From Vulcanimicrobiota bacterium (GTDB lineage Bacteria; Vulcanimicrobiota; Vulcanimicrobiia; Eremiobacterales; Eremiobacteraceae), in NCBI GenBank assembly GCA_963812135.1, contig CAWETU010000001.1, forward strand, positions 512,001 to 576,000: a stretch of DNA of 64,000 nucleotides, written 5' to 3'. Both the position numbers and the translations under genes were made by a program. Shown piece after piece: positions 1-9,031 of this stretch. The notes beneath the pieces were generated by a model that saw nothing but the letters and a program-made list of their open reading frames with translations, was not told the DNA's origin and did not search any database. The stretch's first letter is position 1. Each line of letters opens with the position of its first letter.

Positions 1-734
1 CGGTTCGGCGATTGCGCTCCCACCTTCGTACGTTTCTCCCGCTCATGGACATCGAATGGGCCACCTCGTTGCGGCAGGAGCTCGGCTGGCTCGGCGACGA
101 GTTAGGCGCCGTGCGAGACGCCGACGTGTTGATGGATCGATTGCGCAAAGATGCGAACTCGCTTCCGCCGCGCGATCGCACGGTGGGCGCCAAGATCCTC
201 TCGCTGCTCGCGGGCCAGCGCGAGGAAAGCATGAAGCGCCTGAATGCGACGATCCACGAAACGCGGTACGTCGATCTGCTCAAGCGGCTGGTGGAGGCCG
301 CGCGCGCGGCGCAGTTGGCGCCGATCGCCGCCGAATCAGGATTGTTGACCGTCCCACCGCTCGTCGCGAGCCTGTGGCGGAACGTCCGCGCCATGGTCGA
401 TGATTTCGGCCAAGAACCAACCGACGACCAGTTGCACAAGCTGCGCATCCGATCGAAACGCTGCCGCTACGCGGCGGAAGCGGTTGCGCCGGTCGCCGGC
501 AAGCGTGCGCGCAATTTCGCGCGCGCCGCCGCCGATCTGCAAGAAGTGCTCGGCGAGCATCATGACTCGGTGGTGGCTGCGCAATGGCTTCGCGAACACG
601 CCTCCACGGGACCGCTGACCTTTGTCGCCGGCCACTTCAGTGCGCTCGAGCTGACCGCGGCCGCCGCGGCGCGGGCGCGCTGGCCTGAATACTGGCGCGC
701 GTTCGATCGAAAGAAGCTTCGCACGTGGATGTGA
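1..734 (+). CDS. CHAD domain-containing (polyphosphate-binding) protein, 5' truncated by window edge
   Basis: CHAD motifs LGAVRDADV, LHKLRIRSKRCRYAAE, LQEVLGEHHD; reading frame open to the window start. Confidence 0.85.
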   Translation, partial: VRRLRSHLRTFLPLMDIEWATSLRQELGWLGDELGAVRDADVLMDRLRKDANSLPPRDRTVGAKILSLLAGQREESMKRLNATIHETRYVDLLKRLVEAARAAQLAPIAAESGLLTVPPLVASLWRNVRAMVDDFGQEPTDDQLHKLRIRSKRCRYAAEAVAPVAGKRARNFARAAADLQEVLGEHHDSVVAAQWLREHASTGPLTFVAGHFSALELTAAAAARARWPEYWRAFDRKKLRTWM

Positions 735-1654
735 ACGGCGTCGTCCGCGCGGCCGGCGGCATCATCGTGCGATCCAAGCCCGAGGGCGCGCTCGAGGTGG
801 CGATCGTGCATCGCCCATCGTATGACGATTGGACGTTCCCGAAGGGCAAGCTGCAGGTCGGCGAGCGCGAGGAGCACACCGCGATCCGCGAGGTCGAAGA
901 AGAGACGGGCATGCGCTGCCGCCTCGAGCGCGCGCTCGGCACCACCAAATATAAGGATCATCGCGGCCGGCCGAAGGTCGTGCACTATTGGGTCATGCGC
1001 GTGCTCGACGGTCATTTCCGCCCGAGCAAAGAGGTCGACGAACTGCGCTTCGTCTCGCTGCGCCAAGCCGCGTCGCTGTTGTCGTACAATCACGACCGGG
1101 CGCTCCTGCGCGGCCTTTCCAATGAGGTCGACGCCGCCGCGGTGCAAGCGGGTGGCGAGCGGCAGGGACGCGCTTCACTGCGTAACCAGGTGAGCCCGAC
1201 GATCTATCTGGTGCGTCACGCGAAGGCGCTCAACCGCAGCGAGTGGACGAATGCCGACGAGCTGCGGCCCCTCACCAAAGCCGGCCGGCGCCAGGCAGAA
1301 GAGCTCGTGCAGCGCCTCAGGGCCTTCTCGTTCGCGCGCGTCATCACCAGTCCGCACGTGCGTTGCAAAGAGACGGTCGAAGCGCTGGCCAAGGAGCGCA
1401 AGCTGGCGCTCGAAGTCTCCGAACAGCTGGCCGAGAACACCGACGCCGACGACGTGCTGGCGTTCATCAAGACGCTCGGCGGACGGCCGGCGGTGTTGTG
1501 CACCCACGGCGACGTGATCGCCGACCTGATGACCAATCTCGTGAACGACGGCCTCGCGACCGAGAGCGAACTGCGCTGGGAAAAAGGTTCGACGTGGGTG
1601 CTCGAGTCCGACGGCGAGAGCTTCCTCTACGGCCGGTATCTTCCGCCGCCGTGA
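725..1654 (+). CDS. NUDIX hydrolase fused to histidine phosphatase (MutT1-like)
   Basis: NUDIX box GKLQVGEREEHTAIREVEEETG; C-terminal LVRHA...SP..RC.ET...CTHG phosphatase motifs; start 725 or 731. Confidence 0.88.
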   Translation: MDVNGVVRAAGGIIVRSKPEGALEVAIVHRPSYDDWTFPKGKLQVGEREEHTAIREVEEETGMRCRLERALGTTKYKDHRGRPKVVHYWVMRVLDGHFRPSKEVDELRFVSLRQAASLLSYNHDRALLRGLSNEVDAAAVQAGGERQGRASLRNQVSPTIYLVRHAKALNRSEWTNADELRPLTKAGRRQAEELVQRLRAFSFARVITSPHVRCKETVEALAKERKLALEVSEQLAENTDADDVLAFIKTLGGRPAVLCTHGDVIADLMTNLVNDGLATESELRWEKGSTWVLESDGESFLYGRYLPPP

Positions 1655-2169
1655 CGCAGGAACGGTCGAATGAATTCGACCGCTACAAACCCGTGATTCG
1701 GGAGGCGCGCGACGACGACGCAGCGGGGCTGATCGCGTTGATCGACGCCGTGTTCTCCGAGTATCCGGGCTGCGTGCTCGAACTCGAGCATGAGATGCCG
1801 CAATTGAAAGCGATCGACACGGCGTTCAAGGCGATGGGCGGGCGCTTTTGGACGGCCGAGTTGGACGGGACCATCGTTGGTTGCGGCGGCATCGCGCCGG
1901 CACACGATCCTGCTGGCGCCGAGCTCAAACATCTCTATGTCTCAAGACATACGCGCCGCGCGGGATTGGGCACCGCGTTCGTGCGCTTAGTCGAAGAAGA
2001 AGCGGCACGCCGGCGCGCGAGCTTTGTGGAGCTGTGGAGCGACACGCGTTTTCTCGACGCGCATCGCTTGTACGAACGGCTCGGCTACACGCGCCTCCCC
2101 GACACGCGCGAGCTGAACGATCTCAGCAACAGCATCGAGTTCCATTTCATAAAGCGGGGCCTTTCTTAA
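1651..2169 (+). CDS. GNAT family N-acetyltransferase
   Basis: AELKHLYV..TRRAGLGTAFV, AHRLYERLGY; GTG at 1651 overlaps upstream stop (alternative start GTG 1693). Confidence 0.85.
   Translation: MTQERSNEFDRYKPVIREARDDDAAGLIALIDAVFSEYPGCVLELEHEMPQLKAIDTAFKAMGGRFWTAELDGTIVGCGGIAPAHDPAGAELKHLYVSRHTRRAGLGTAFVRLVEEEAARRRASFVELWSDTRFLDAHRLYERLGYTRLPDTRELNDLSNSIEFHFIKRGLS
1663..1686 (-). repeat. GTAG-type REP-like palindrome, copy 1
   Basis: Minus strand reads GTAG-CGGTCGAAT-TC-ATTCGACCG (9-bp perfect stem). Confidence 0.65.
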
Positions 2170-2726
2170 GGAGTAGCGCCTCGTATGCGATAGTGCACGT
2201 GGATCACTCCAGTGCTGAAACGGCGCGTCTCAAGGAGTTCGAGATTCCGTCGTACGGCGGCTCGGAATGCCCGCTTTCCGCCGCCGACGATCACCGGGTT
2301 GAGAAACAGGTGACATTCGTCGACGAGATCGGCTTCAAGCGCAAGCCCCGCAAGCTCGGCGCCGCCAATGATGATGTCGTGCTCCGATTCGCGCTTCAGC
2401 TTCCGAATAGCCTCGAGGTCGAAGTCCCGCTCGACACGCGCGTTGCGTGTCGTCGCGCCTGTCAGCGTTCGTGAAAAAACGATTTTCTCGGCCTTCTGCC
2501 AGACGCGTGCGAAGTCACGCTGTTCGGGTGGATAGTCTTCCACCGGCGCATCCCAGTAGGCCATCGTCTCATAGAGTCGCCGCCCGTAGAGATGGGTTCC
2601 GATCGGCTGCAACAACTCAGTGATGAACGCGAATACTGGATCGGGATTGACCCAATCGAAGGCGCCGGTTTCGTCCTCGATGTATCCGTCGAGGGACGTA
2701 TTGGTCATGTAGAATAACTTCGACAT
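2166..2726 (-). CDS. Dihydrofolate reductase family / RibD C-terminal domain protein
   Basis: TSLDGYIED, LYGRRLYETM, IIGGAELA, LVDECHLFLNPVIVGGG. Confidence 0.9.
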   Translation of the reverse strand: MSKLFYMTNTSLDGYIEDETGAFDWVNPDPVFAFITELLQPIGTHLYGRRLYETMAYWDAPVEDYPPEQRDFARVWQKAEKIVFSRTLTGATTRNARVERDFDLEAIRKLKRESEHDIIIGGAELAGLALEADLVDECHLFLNPVIVGGGKRAFRAAVRRNLELLETRRFSTGVIHVHYRIRGATP

Positions 2727-2731
2727 ACGAA

Positions 2732-2746
2732 AATTTATTCGACCGT
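2732..2746 (+). repeat. Partial REP-like copy (3' half)
   Basis: AATTTATTCGACCGT identical to 29181-29195; overlaps the stop of the DUF4126 gene. Confidence 0.45.
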
Positions 2747-3325
2747 GAGTGGTGGCGCCGCCCTAGAGCCGGCATACGCGCGCCAGCCGAGCGCGATCAG
2801 CGTGATGACCACGAGAAGCGCGAGGATCGCGGCGATGATCGGGAACGCGAACGTCACGACGAGGCTCCCAATCGCGAGCACGTCTTCAACGATGCTGATC
2901 GCGGGATTTGCCAAGCCGAATGTGGCCACCGAAGAAGCCGCGCGGGCTGTGGCCGACGAGGTGTGCACCACGAGTGCGTTGAGCGCGCCGGCGGCCATCA
3001 ATCCGACGAGCTCACCCGGGCTGCTCGTGTTGACGGTGCCGCCGACCAAGATCGCTGCCGCCACGGGCCGCACGGCGAACGAGATCGCGTGCAACGCGTG
3101 ATCTACCGCCGGCACTTTGTCCGCCACCATCTCCAACAGCGCGAAAATGCCGAGCACGAGCACCGTGCCATCGGCCCCGAGCCACACGAATGCGGGGCTC
3201 GGATGGATCACATGGTAATGCGCCGCGACCGAGGCGGCGAACAGCGTGAGGAATCCGCGCAGGCCGGCAGTGGTCGTCAGCGCGTACGCGAGCGCATACT
3301 GAGTGGTGGCGTCCATGGTGGACAC
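2735..3325 (-). CDS. DUF4126 family membrane protein
   Basis: AGLRGFL, EMVADKVPAVDH, ANPAISIVED; several TM segments. Confidence 0.8.
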   Translation of the reverse strand: MSTMDATTQYALAYALTTTAGLRGFLTLFAASVAAHYHVIHPSPAFVWLGADGTVLVLGIFALLEMVADKVPAVDHALHAISFAVRPVAAAILVGGTVNTSSPGELVGLMAAGALNALVVHTSSATARAASSVATFGLANPAISIVEDVLAIGSLVVTFAFPIIAAILALLVVITLIALGWRAYAGSRAAPPLTVE

Positions 3326-3350
3326 GTACCTCGGATGCCGGGTCGGGGTT

Positions 3351-5600
3351 TCAGTGCGGGAACGCCGGCAGTGACGTGGACTGTGTGACGCGCTCTCCTT
3401 GCGCTCCTACTGAGACCACTTGCACGAACACGCCGCCGTGGTAGGTGCGCGGGACGTAGAGCACGGCGCTATAACGTCCGCCAGGGACATCGGTCTCGCT
3501 CAGCACGCTGCCGCGATCGTCTTGCAGCTGCACGTGCGCCTGCGCTTGGCCGCTCGCGCCCCAAAGCACGCGGATCGCGTGGCCGCCGGGACCATAGTGC
3601 GCGTCGACGCCTTGCATCGCGACGATGACGTTCGGATTTGCGGGGATCGGCCGGCGGGTCGGGCGCGGCCGCGGCGCCGGTCTGTGGACAGGTTGCGGCG
3701 CGAGCGCGACGTGCGCGGGGGTGGCCGCTGGGCGCGGTGGTGCGGGCGGGTTCGTGGCCACCACCTGCTGCGTCGCCGCGACCGCGACGCGCGACGCCGT
3801 CGAAGGCGCGACGTGCGGAGCGGGATTGCTCGATGACTGCGCAGCCGGCGACGCGCCCGGCGAGCCCGCATTCTTGCCCGGAGTGTGCGCGACGCTCGGC
3901 ACCGGGCGCGGCGTTTCGAGAACGACGGCCGGCGGCACGGTCGCGGTGGCAACCACTTGCGGCGTCGGCGCCGGGGTGTGAGGCCGCAAGTAGAAGAGCG
4001 TGGCAAGAGCGATCGCGACGATCGCGGTGCCGCCGATCACCAGCGTGCCGAGCTGACCTTCGTGCCCGCGTGGCGGAGGCTCCGCGTAATCCGCAGTGCG
4101 GCGCGCGCTCGCGGCTTTGTGTTCCTTGGCCGTTTCGACGGCCCGGGCGAGCGACGGCGGTGGCCCGACGACCGACGCCTCGAGCGCGGATTCGCCAAAA
4201 ATTCCCTCGGGTGCGGCGGGCTCGCCTGAAACATCGGCGGGTTGATCGGTGGTGGTCGCCTGTGAGAACGCGCGCCGATACGGTTGCGCAGGTGCATCTG
4301 CCGCAGACTCGACCGATGCTGCAGCGGGCGCAGTTCGCGACGGCGGCGGCACGGCTTGCGGTGGCGGCGGTGCGGGTGGACGCACGGGCGGCGGTTGTGG
4401 CGGCGTCGGAGTCGGTGGCGGCGCGGGCGCTGGTGGCTGCGGCTGCGGGGGCCGCGCGACGTTTGCCGGAGTGCGCGCGAAAATAGAAGGCGGTTCGGTC
4501 GGCGGCGCGTCAGATGCATCGCGTCCAGGGCCGCGCCAACCGGCGGGCGGCGAAACGGGTTTGCCGACGAGCAACGACATCAACTCCTCGTTGTTTTCGG
4601 GAGTGGTGAAATCAGGTGCGGTCGCCGGTGGTTTCGTCGCATCAGGAGGCGCAGTCTGCGCGCTTGACGCGTACTGGACCGTCGGAGGTGCGATCGTGGG
4701 AGGCGATGAGACTGCAGGAAGCGTCGGCGTGCTCGACGGCGGCAATTGCGATTCGTTTTGTGGCGCCTGCGCTGCCTCGTCCGCCGGTGGCGCGGCCGCG
4801 GCATTCGAGGCTGCAACGTTCGCCGCAGCGACATTCACCGCTGCGGCATATTCAGCCGCAGCGCGTTCGGCAGCGGCGCGTTCGGTCGCGGCGTTCGCCG
4901 CGGCTGCGGCTGCTTCGGTCTTCGCGACGAACGATGCCAATTTGCTATCGATCGTATCCCACGGCAGCCGGCCCGTACGCTTGCCCTGCGACACCGCGAC
5001 GCCGATCTCGACGACATGCGGGTGGTTGTTGCCTTGCGCGTCCTTGACGGCGCGTTTCCAAAGGATCGGCACCGCGACGGTCTGCGTCTGTCCGGGCTCC
5101 ATCCTGATGGGCGCGACGTCGACGAATTCAAGCGATGGATGAGGCGTGAACTGCAATGCGAACTGGCCGCCCGTCGCGCTCAAGCTCTTGATCGCACAGG
5201 AGACGACGAAACCGCGCACGGCATCGCCGTCGAGGATCGGCTCTTTCCACGCGAGCGCGATGGTGCAATCGGTGCCGCCGGCCGAGATGAGGCCGCGCTC
5301 GAGCGACGCGATGACGTCGCCGCTGGGGTCGCGCACCGAGATGAGGGCGATTTGGTCGCGAGGCACCGTCGTGCTCTCGGCAAAGGTGAGGGCGACGGTC
5401 TTACGTTCGCGCGGACGCAGCGTGAACGAGGCCGGCTCGAAGGTACCTCCTCCGGGCGGCTCGTCCAAGGACATCGTGCACTCGACGCGCTCGTCCCCGG
5501 ACTTGTTTATCACGATGATCTCGTATCGCGAAGACTGTCCGGGCGTCAGGTACCACCTAACGGAACGGTCGGCGCACTCGATAGTCAGGTTTGTCGCCAT
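3351..5600 (-). CDS. Bitopic Pro/Ala-rich hypothetical membrane protein
   Basis: 749-aa ORF with SD GGAG; beta-rich N-terminus, long P/A-rich linkers, one TM (LVIGGTAIVAIALATLFYL), small C-terminal beta domain. Confidence 0.7.
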   Translation of the reverse strand: MATNLTIECADRSVRWYLTPGQSSRYEIIVINKSGDERVECTMSLDEPPGGGTFEPASFTLRPRERKTVALTFAESTTVPRDQIALISVRDPSGDVIASLERGLISAGGTDCTIALAWKEPILDGDAVRGFVVSCAIKSLSATGGQFALQFTPHPSLEFVDVAPIRMEPGQTQTVAVPILWKRAVKDAQGNNHPHVVEIGVAVSQGKRTGRLPWDTIDSKLASFVAKTEAAAAAANAATERAAAERAAAEYAAAVNVAAANVAASNAAAAPPADEAAQAPQNESQLPPSSTPTLPAVSSPPTIAPPTVQYASSAQTAPPDATKPPATAPDFTTPENNEELMSLLVGKPVSPPAGWRGPGRDASDAPPTEPPSIFARTPANVARPPQPQPPAPAPPPTPTPPQPPPVRPPAPPPPQAVPPPSRTAPAAASVESAADAPAQPYRRAFSQATTTDQPADVSGEPAAPEGIFGESALEASVVGPPPSLARAVETAKEHKAASARRTADYAEPPPRGHEGQLGTLVIGGTAIVAIALATLFYLRPHTPAPTPQVVATATVPPAVVLETPRPVPSVAHTPGKNAGSPGASPAAQSSSNPAPHVAPSTASRVAVAATQQVVATNPPAPPRPAATPAHVALAPQPVHRPAPRPRPTRRPIPANPNVIVAMQGVDAHYGPGGHAIRVLWGASGQAQAHVQLQDDRGSVLSETDVPGGRYSAVLYVPRTYHGGVFVQVVSVGAQGERVTQSTSLPAFPH

Positions 5601-5705
5601 CCATTACTCCCGCATCTTATTGTATCGGAAATCTCGGCTGCGGGTAGGAGGGGCTAGAACGCCGAAAAGGCGCTATTCCCCACTGTCCCTGGAGCGCCAT
5701 CACCG

Positions 5706-6146
5706 ATGCAGCCCGACGATATCGTCCGAGAATTCGACCGTCTGTTCGCGGAGCTGAGCCTCCCGCTGACCCGCCACGCGCGACGCGGGTCGTTCAACCC
5801 CAACGCAGACGTCTATCTCGTGGACCGGGGCCGGACGGTCGTCGTGCGGGTCGAGCTGGCGGGGGTCAATCCCGCCAACATCAAGCTCGTCGTCGAGGGC
5901 GCCAGCCTCTATTTGGCGGGTTTCCGCGAGCCCGACATCCGCCGTGCCGAGGCCGTGCTGCAAAAAGAGATCGAGTACGGCTGTTTCCTCAAGCGCATCC
6001 AGCTGCCGTCGACCGTGTCGGTCGAAGCCGCTAAGGCGGATTATCACGCCGGTACGCTGATCATCAAGCTCCCCGTCTCCACCGGTTCGCCGATCGACGG
6101 CGTCGATCGCATGGAGATCCGCATGGCGATCCGAGGCCGCGGCTGA
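5706..6146 (+). CDS. Hsp20/alpha-crystallin small heat shock protein
   Basis: PNADVY, VELAGV, EIEYGCFLKRIQLP, ADYHAGTLIIKLP. Confidence 0.9.
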   Translation: MQPDDIVREFDRLFAELSLPLTRHARRGSFNPNADVYLVDRGRTVVVRVELAGVNPANIKLVVEGASLYLAGFREPDIRRAEAVLQKEIEYGCFLKRIQLPSTVSVEAAKADYHAGTLIIKLPVSTGSPIDGVDRMEIRMAIRGRG

Positions 6147-8554
6147 TGGCGAGCGAGTTCAACGCGCACGAAGCGGGCAGTATTCCGTCAGAGCTCGCGA
6201 TCCTGCCGCTGCAAGACTCGGTGCTCTTCCCGAATACCGTCATGCCGTTGGCGGTGACCAAGCCGTACGGCATCAAGCTCGTGGAGGACGCGCTCAAAGC
6301 GAGCGCGCCGATCGGCGTGGTCGCGCTCAAGAACCGCGATGCGTCGCCGCCCGCGCCCGATGACGTCTACACGGTCGGCACCGTCGCCATCATCCAGAAG
6401 ATGATCAAAATCCCCGACGGTACGCTGCGCTGCATCATCTCCGGCACCGTGCCGTTCACCGCCACCGAATTCACGCGCGCCGAGCCGTATCTGGTCGCCA
6501 AGGTCGAGCCGCTCGAGGAACAGACCACCGAAAGCGACGAGCTGACGGCGCTGTCGCGCAACCTCGCGTCGCAATACACCCGTCTGCTCGCGTTCCTTCC
6601 GTCGGCGCCCAAAGAGCTCGAGCTGGAAGTCAACAACATCACCGATCCGAATCTGCTCTCGTATTTCATCGCGTCGACGATGCGTCTCGACACGCACGAG
6701 AAGCAGTCCGTGCTCGAAGAGCGCGATACGCTCGCGCGCTTGCGCATGCTCACCGCATACCTCACACGCGAACTGGAAGTCCTCGAGCTCGGTCACAAGA
6801 TCCAGTCCGACATCCAAAAGGAGATGGACAAGAACCAGCGCGAGTACTTCTTGCGCCAGCAGCTCAAGGCGATCCAAGACGAGCTCGGCGAGTCGGACCC
6901 GACGCAAGCTGACGTCAACGAGCTGCGCGAGAAGGTCGAAGCCGCCAAGATGCCTGAGGACGCGAACAAGGCGGCGTTGCGCGAGCTAGACCGGCTGGCG
7001 CGCATCCCATCGGCGAGCCCCGAGTATTCGGTGATCCGCACGTATCTGGATTGGCTCGTCACGCTGCCGTGGAGCGTCACGACTGACGACAGCCTCGACA
7101 TCTCCAAAGCGCGCAAGATCCTCGACGAGGACCACTACGATCTCGAAAAAGTCAAAGACCGCATCATCGAGTACCTCGCCGTGCGCAAGCTCAAGAACAC
7201 GCTCTCCGGTCCGATCCTGTGCTTCGTCGGTCCGCCCGGCGTCGGCAAGACGTCGCTCGGCAAGTCGATCGCGCGAGCGATGAACCGCAAGTTCATCCGC
7301 CTGTCGGTCGGCGGCGTGCGCGACGAAGCGGAGATCCGCGGCCACCGCCGCACGTACATCGGCGCGATGCCCGGCTCGTTCATCCGCGCGATCCGCGACG
7401 CCGGCACGAGCAACCCGCTTATCATGATCGACGAGATCGACAAGGTCGGCGCCGATTGGCGTGGCGATCCGTCGTCGGCACTGCTCGAAGTGCTCGATCC
7501 CGAGCAGAACAATTCGTTCCGCGACCACTATCTCGACTTGCCATACGATCTGAGCCGCGTGCTGTTCATCGCGACGGCCAACCAACTCGACACGATCGCG
7601 CCACCGCTGCGCGACCGCATGGAGATCATCCAGCTCGCAGGTTACACGCAGGCTGAGAAGGTGGCGATCGCTCGCAAGTACTTGGTGCCGAAGCAGCTCA
7701 CCGCCAACGGCCTGACGTCCAAGCAGTGCGCCATCTCGACGACTGCGCTCGAGAGCATCGTCGCAGATTACACGAGAGAGGCCGGAGTACGCAACCTCGA
7801 GCGCGAGATCGCCACCATCTGCCGCAAAGTCGCGCGCAAGGTCGCCGAGAAGCCGAAATTCGAGGCGAAGATCACCGCCACGACGCTGGCCAAGTATCTG
7901 GGCAAGCCGCGTTTCTTCGCGGAAGTCGCCAAGCGGACGGCTGCGCGCGGTGTCGCGACGGGATTGGTGGTGACGCCAGTCGGCGGCGACATCGTCTTCA
8001 TCGAGTCGAGCGTGATGCCGGGCAACGGCAAGCTCACGCTCACCGGTCAGTTGGGCGACGTCATGAAGGAGTCCGCGCAGGCCGCGCTCTCGTTCGTACG
8101 CAGCCGCTCGACGGAGTTGCACCTACCGTCCGACTTCTTCGGCAAGCACGACGTCCACGTGCACGTGCCGGCCGGCGCGGTTCCCAAGGATGGTCCGTCA
8201 GCTGGTGTCGCAATCGCGACGTCGCTCGTCTCGGCCGTCACGGGCAAGAAGGTCGACAAGAACACCGCGATGACTGGCGAGATCACGCTCACCGGCCAGG
8301 TCTTGCCGGTCGGCGGCATCAAGGAGAAGGTGCTCGGCGCGCGCCGCGCAGGTATCAAGAAGATCGTGCTGCCCAAACGCAACGAGCCCGATGTGTTTGA
8401 AGACGTGCCGGTGGACGCGAAGCGCGCGCTCAAGTTCGTCTACGCGGAAGAGCTTTCTCAGGTGCTCGACGAGGCGCTCGGCTCGCCGATGATCACACCG
8501 GTTGCGACCGGCAACGGCCGCAACGGAAGGCAGCTCCCCGCAGCCGCGCGATGA
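6146..8554 (+). CDS. lon: ATP-dependent endopeptidase La
   Basis: LON N-domain, Walker A GPPGVGKTS, catalytic PKDGPSAG, VGGIKEK. Confidence 0.98.
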   Translation: MASEFNAHEAGSIPSELAILPLQDSVLFPNTVMPLAVTKPYGIKLVEDALKASAPIGVVALKNRDASPPAPDDVYTVGTVAIIQKMIKIPDGTLRCIISGTVPFTATEFTRAEPYLVAKVEPLEEQTTESDELTALSRNLASQYTRLLAFLPSAPKELELEVNNITDPNLLSYFIASTMRLDTHEKQSVLEERDTLARLRMLTAYLTRELEVLELGHKIQSDIQKEMDKNQREYFLRQQLKAIQDELGESDPTQADVNELREKVEAAKMPEDANKAALRELDRLARIPSASPEYSVIRTYLDWLVTLPWSVTTDDSLDISKARKILDEDHYDLEKVKDRIIEYLAVRKLKNTLSGPILCFVGPPGVGKTSLGKSIARAMNRKFIRLSVGGVRDEAEIRGHRRTYIGAMPGSFIRAIRDAGTSNPLIMIDEIDKVGADWRGDPSSALLEVLDPEQNNSFRDHYLDLPYDLSRVLFIATANQLDTIAPPLRDRMEIIQLAGYTQAEKVAIARKYLVPKQLTANGLTSKQCAISTTALESIVADYTREAGVRNLEREIATICRKVARKVAEKPKFEAKITATTLAKYLGKPRFFAEVAKRTAARGVATGLVVTPVGGDIVFIESSVMPGNGKLTLTGQLGDVMKESAQAALSFVRSRSTELHLPSDFFGKHDVHVHVPAGAVPKDGPSAGVAIATSLVSAVTGKKVDKNTAMTGEITLTGQVLPVGGIKEKVLGARRAGIKKIVLPKRNEPDVFEDVPVDAKRALKFVYAEELSQVLDEALGSPMITPVATGNGRNGRQLPAAAR

Positions 8555-9027
8555 CGCGCTTAGCTCGCTTCGCCGTTATCACGGGAATGGTCGCCGCCGC
8601 CGCCGCCGCTCTCCTGATGAGCCCTGCGGGCGCAGAAACCACCATGATCAAAGGGTACGTTTCATTCTACGCTACAGAAGAAATCAAAATGCCCCTGGCG
8701 GGGATACTGGTTCGACTGCATTCTCGCAGCCAATCGATGGAAGCGTATACGGATAAGCGCGGCTTCTACAGTTTGGTGGGCGTGACGCCGGAAAAGCAGG
8801 TCGAATTGAGATTCTCGCGGGAGGGCTGGGCTACGAAAATATTTCGCGTGACAGCGTGCGTCGACTCAACGCTTGAAGTGGATGCGATGCTTGCGAACAA
8901 GGTTACCAACCTCGGCTACTTCTTGGTCCCGCCCTCGCCCCCAATGATCGATTACCAGCACTCCGCAACGCTCTACGGCATCGACCCTGATGCTGATCTG
9001 GGGAATCAGGGATCGGAAGGCTGTTAG
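8551..9027 (+). CDS. Secreted protein with carboxypeptidase-regulatory-like beta-sandwich domain
   Basis: Signal peptide; IKGYV...PLAGILVRL...TDKRGFYSLVGV pattern; ATGA overlap with lon. Confidence 0.6.
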   Translation: MTRLARFAVITGMVAAAAAALLMSPAGAETTMIKGYVSFYATEEIKMPLAGILVRLHSRSQSMEAYTDKRGFYSLVGVTPEKQVELRFSREGWATKIFRVTACVDSTLEVDAMLANKVTNLGYFLVPPSPPMIDYQHSATLYGIDPDADLGNQGSEGC

Positions 9028-9031
9028 CTGG

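Noticed and set aside
4861..4897. Imperfect 15-nt tandem repeat (GCGCGTTCGG...)
   Set aside because: Encodes low-complexity AERAAAE; no spacers, so not CRISPR
5644..5668. AGGA-14 nt-GAAA sigmaH-like promoter before hsp20-lon
   Set aside because: Short degenerate motif; similar hits elsewhere had inconsistent spacing; no CIRCE or HAIR operator seen
5729..5740. GAATTCGACCGT resembling the REP arm
   Set aside because: Inside the hsp20 coding sequence, with no partner arm or GTAG; likely chance
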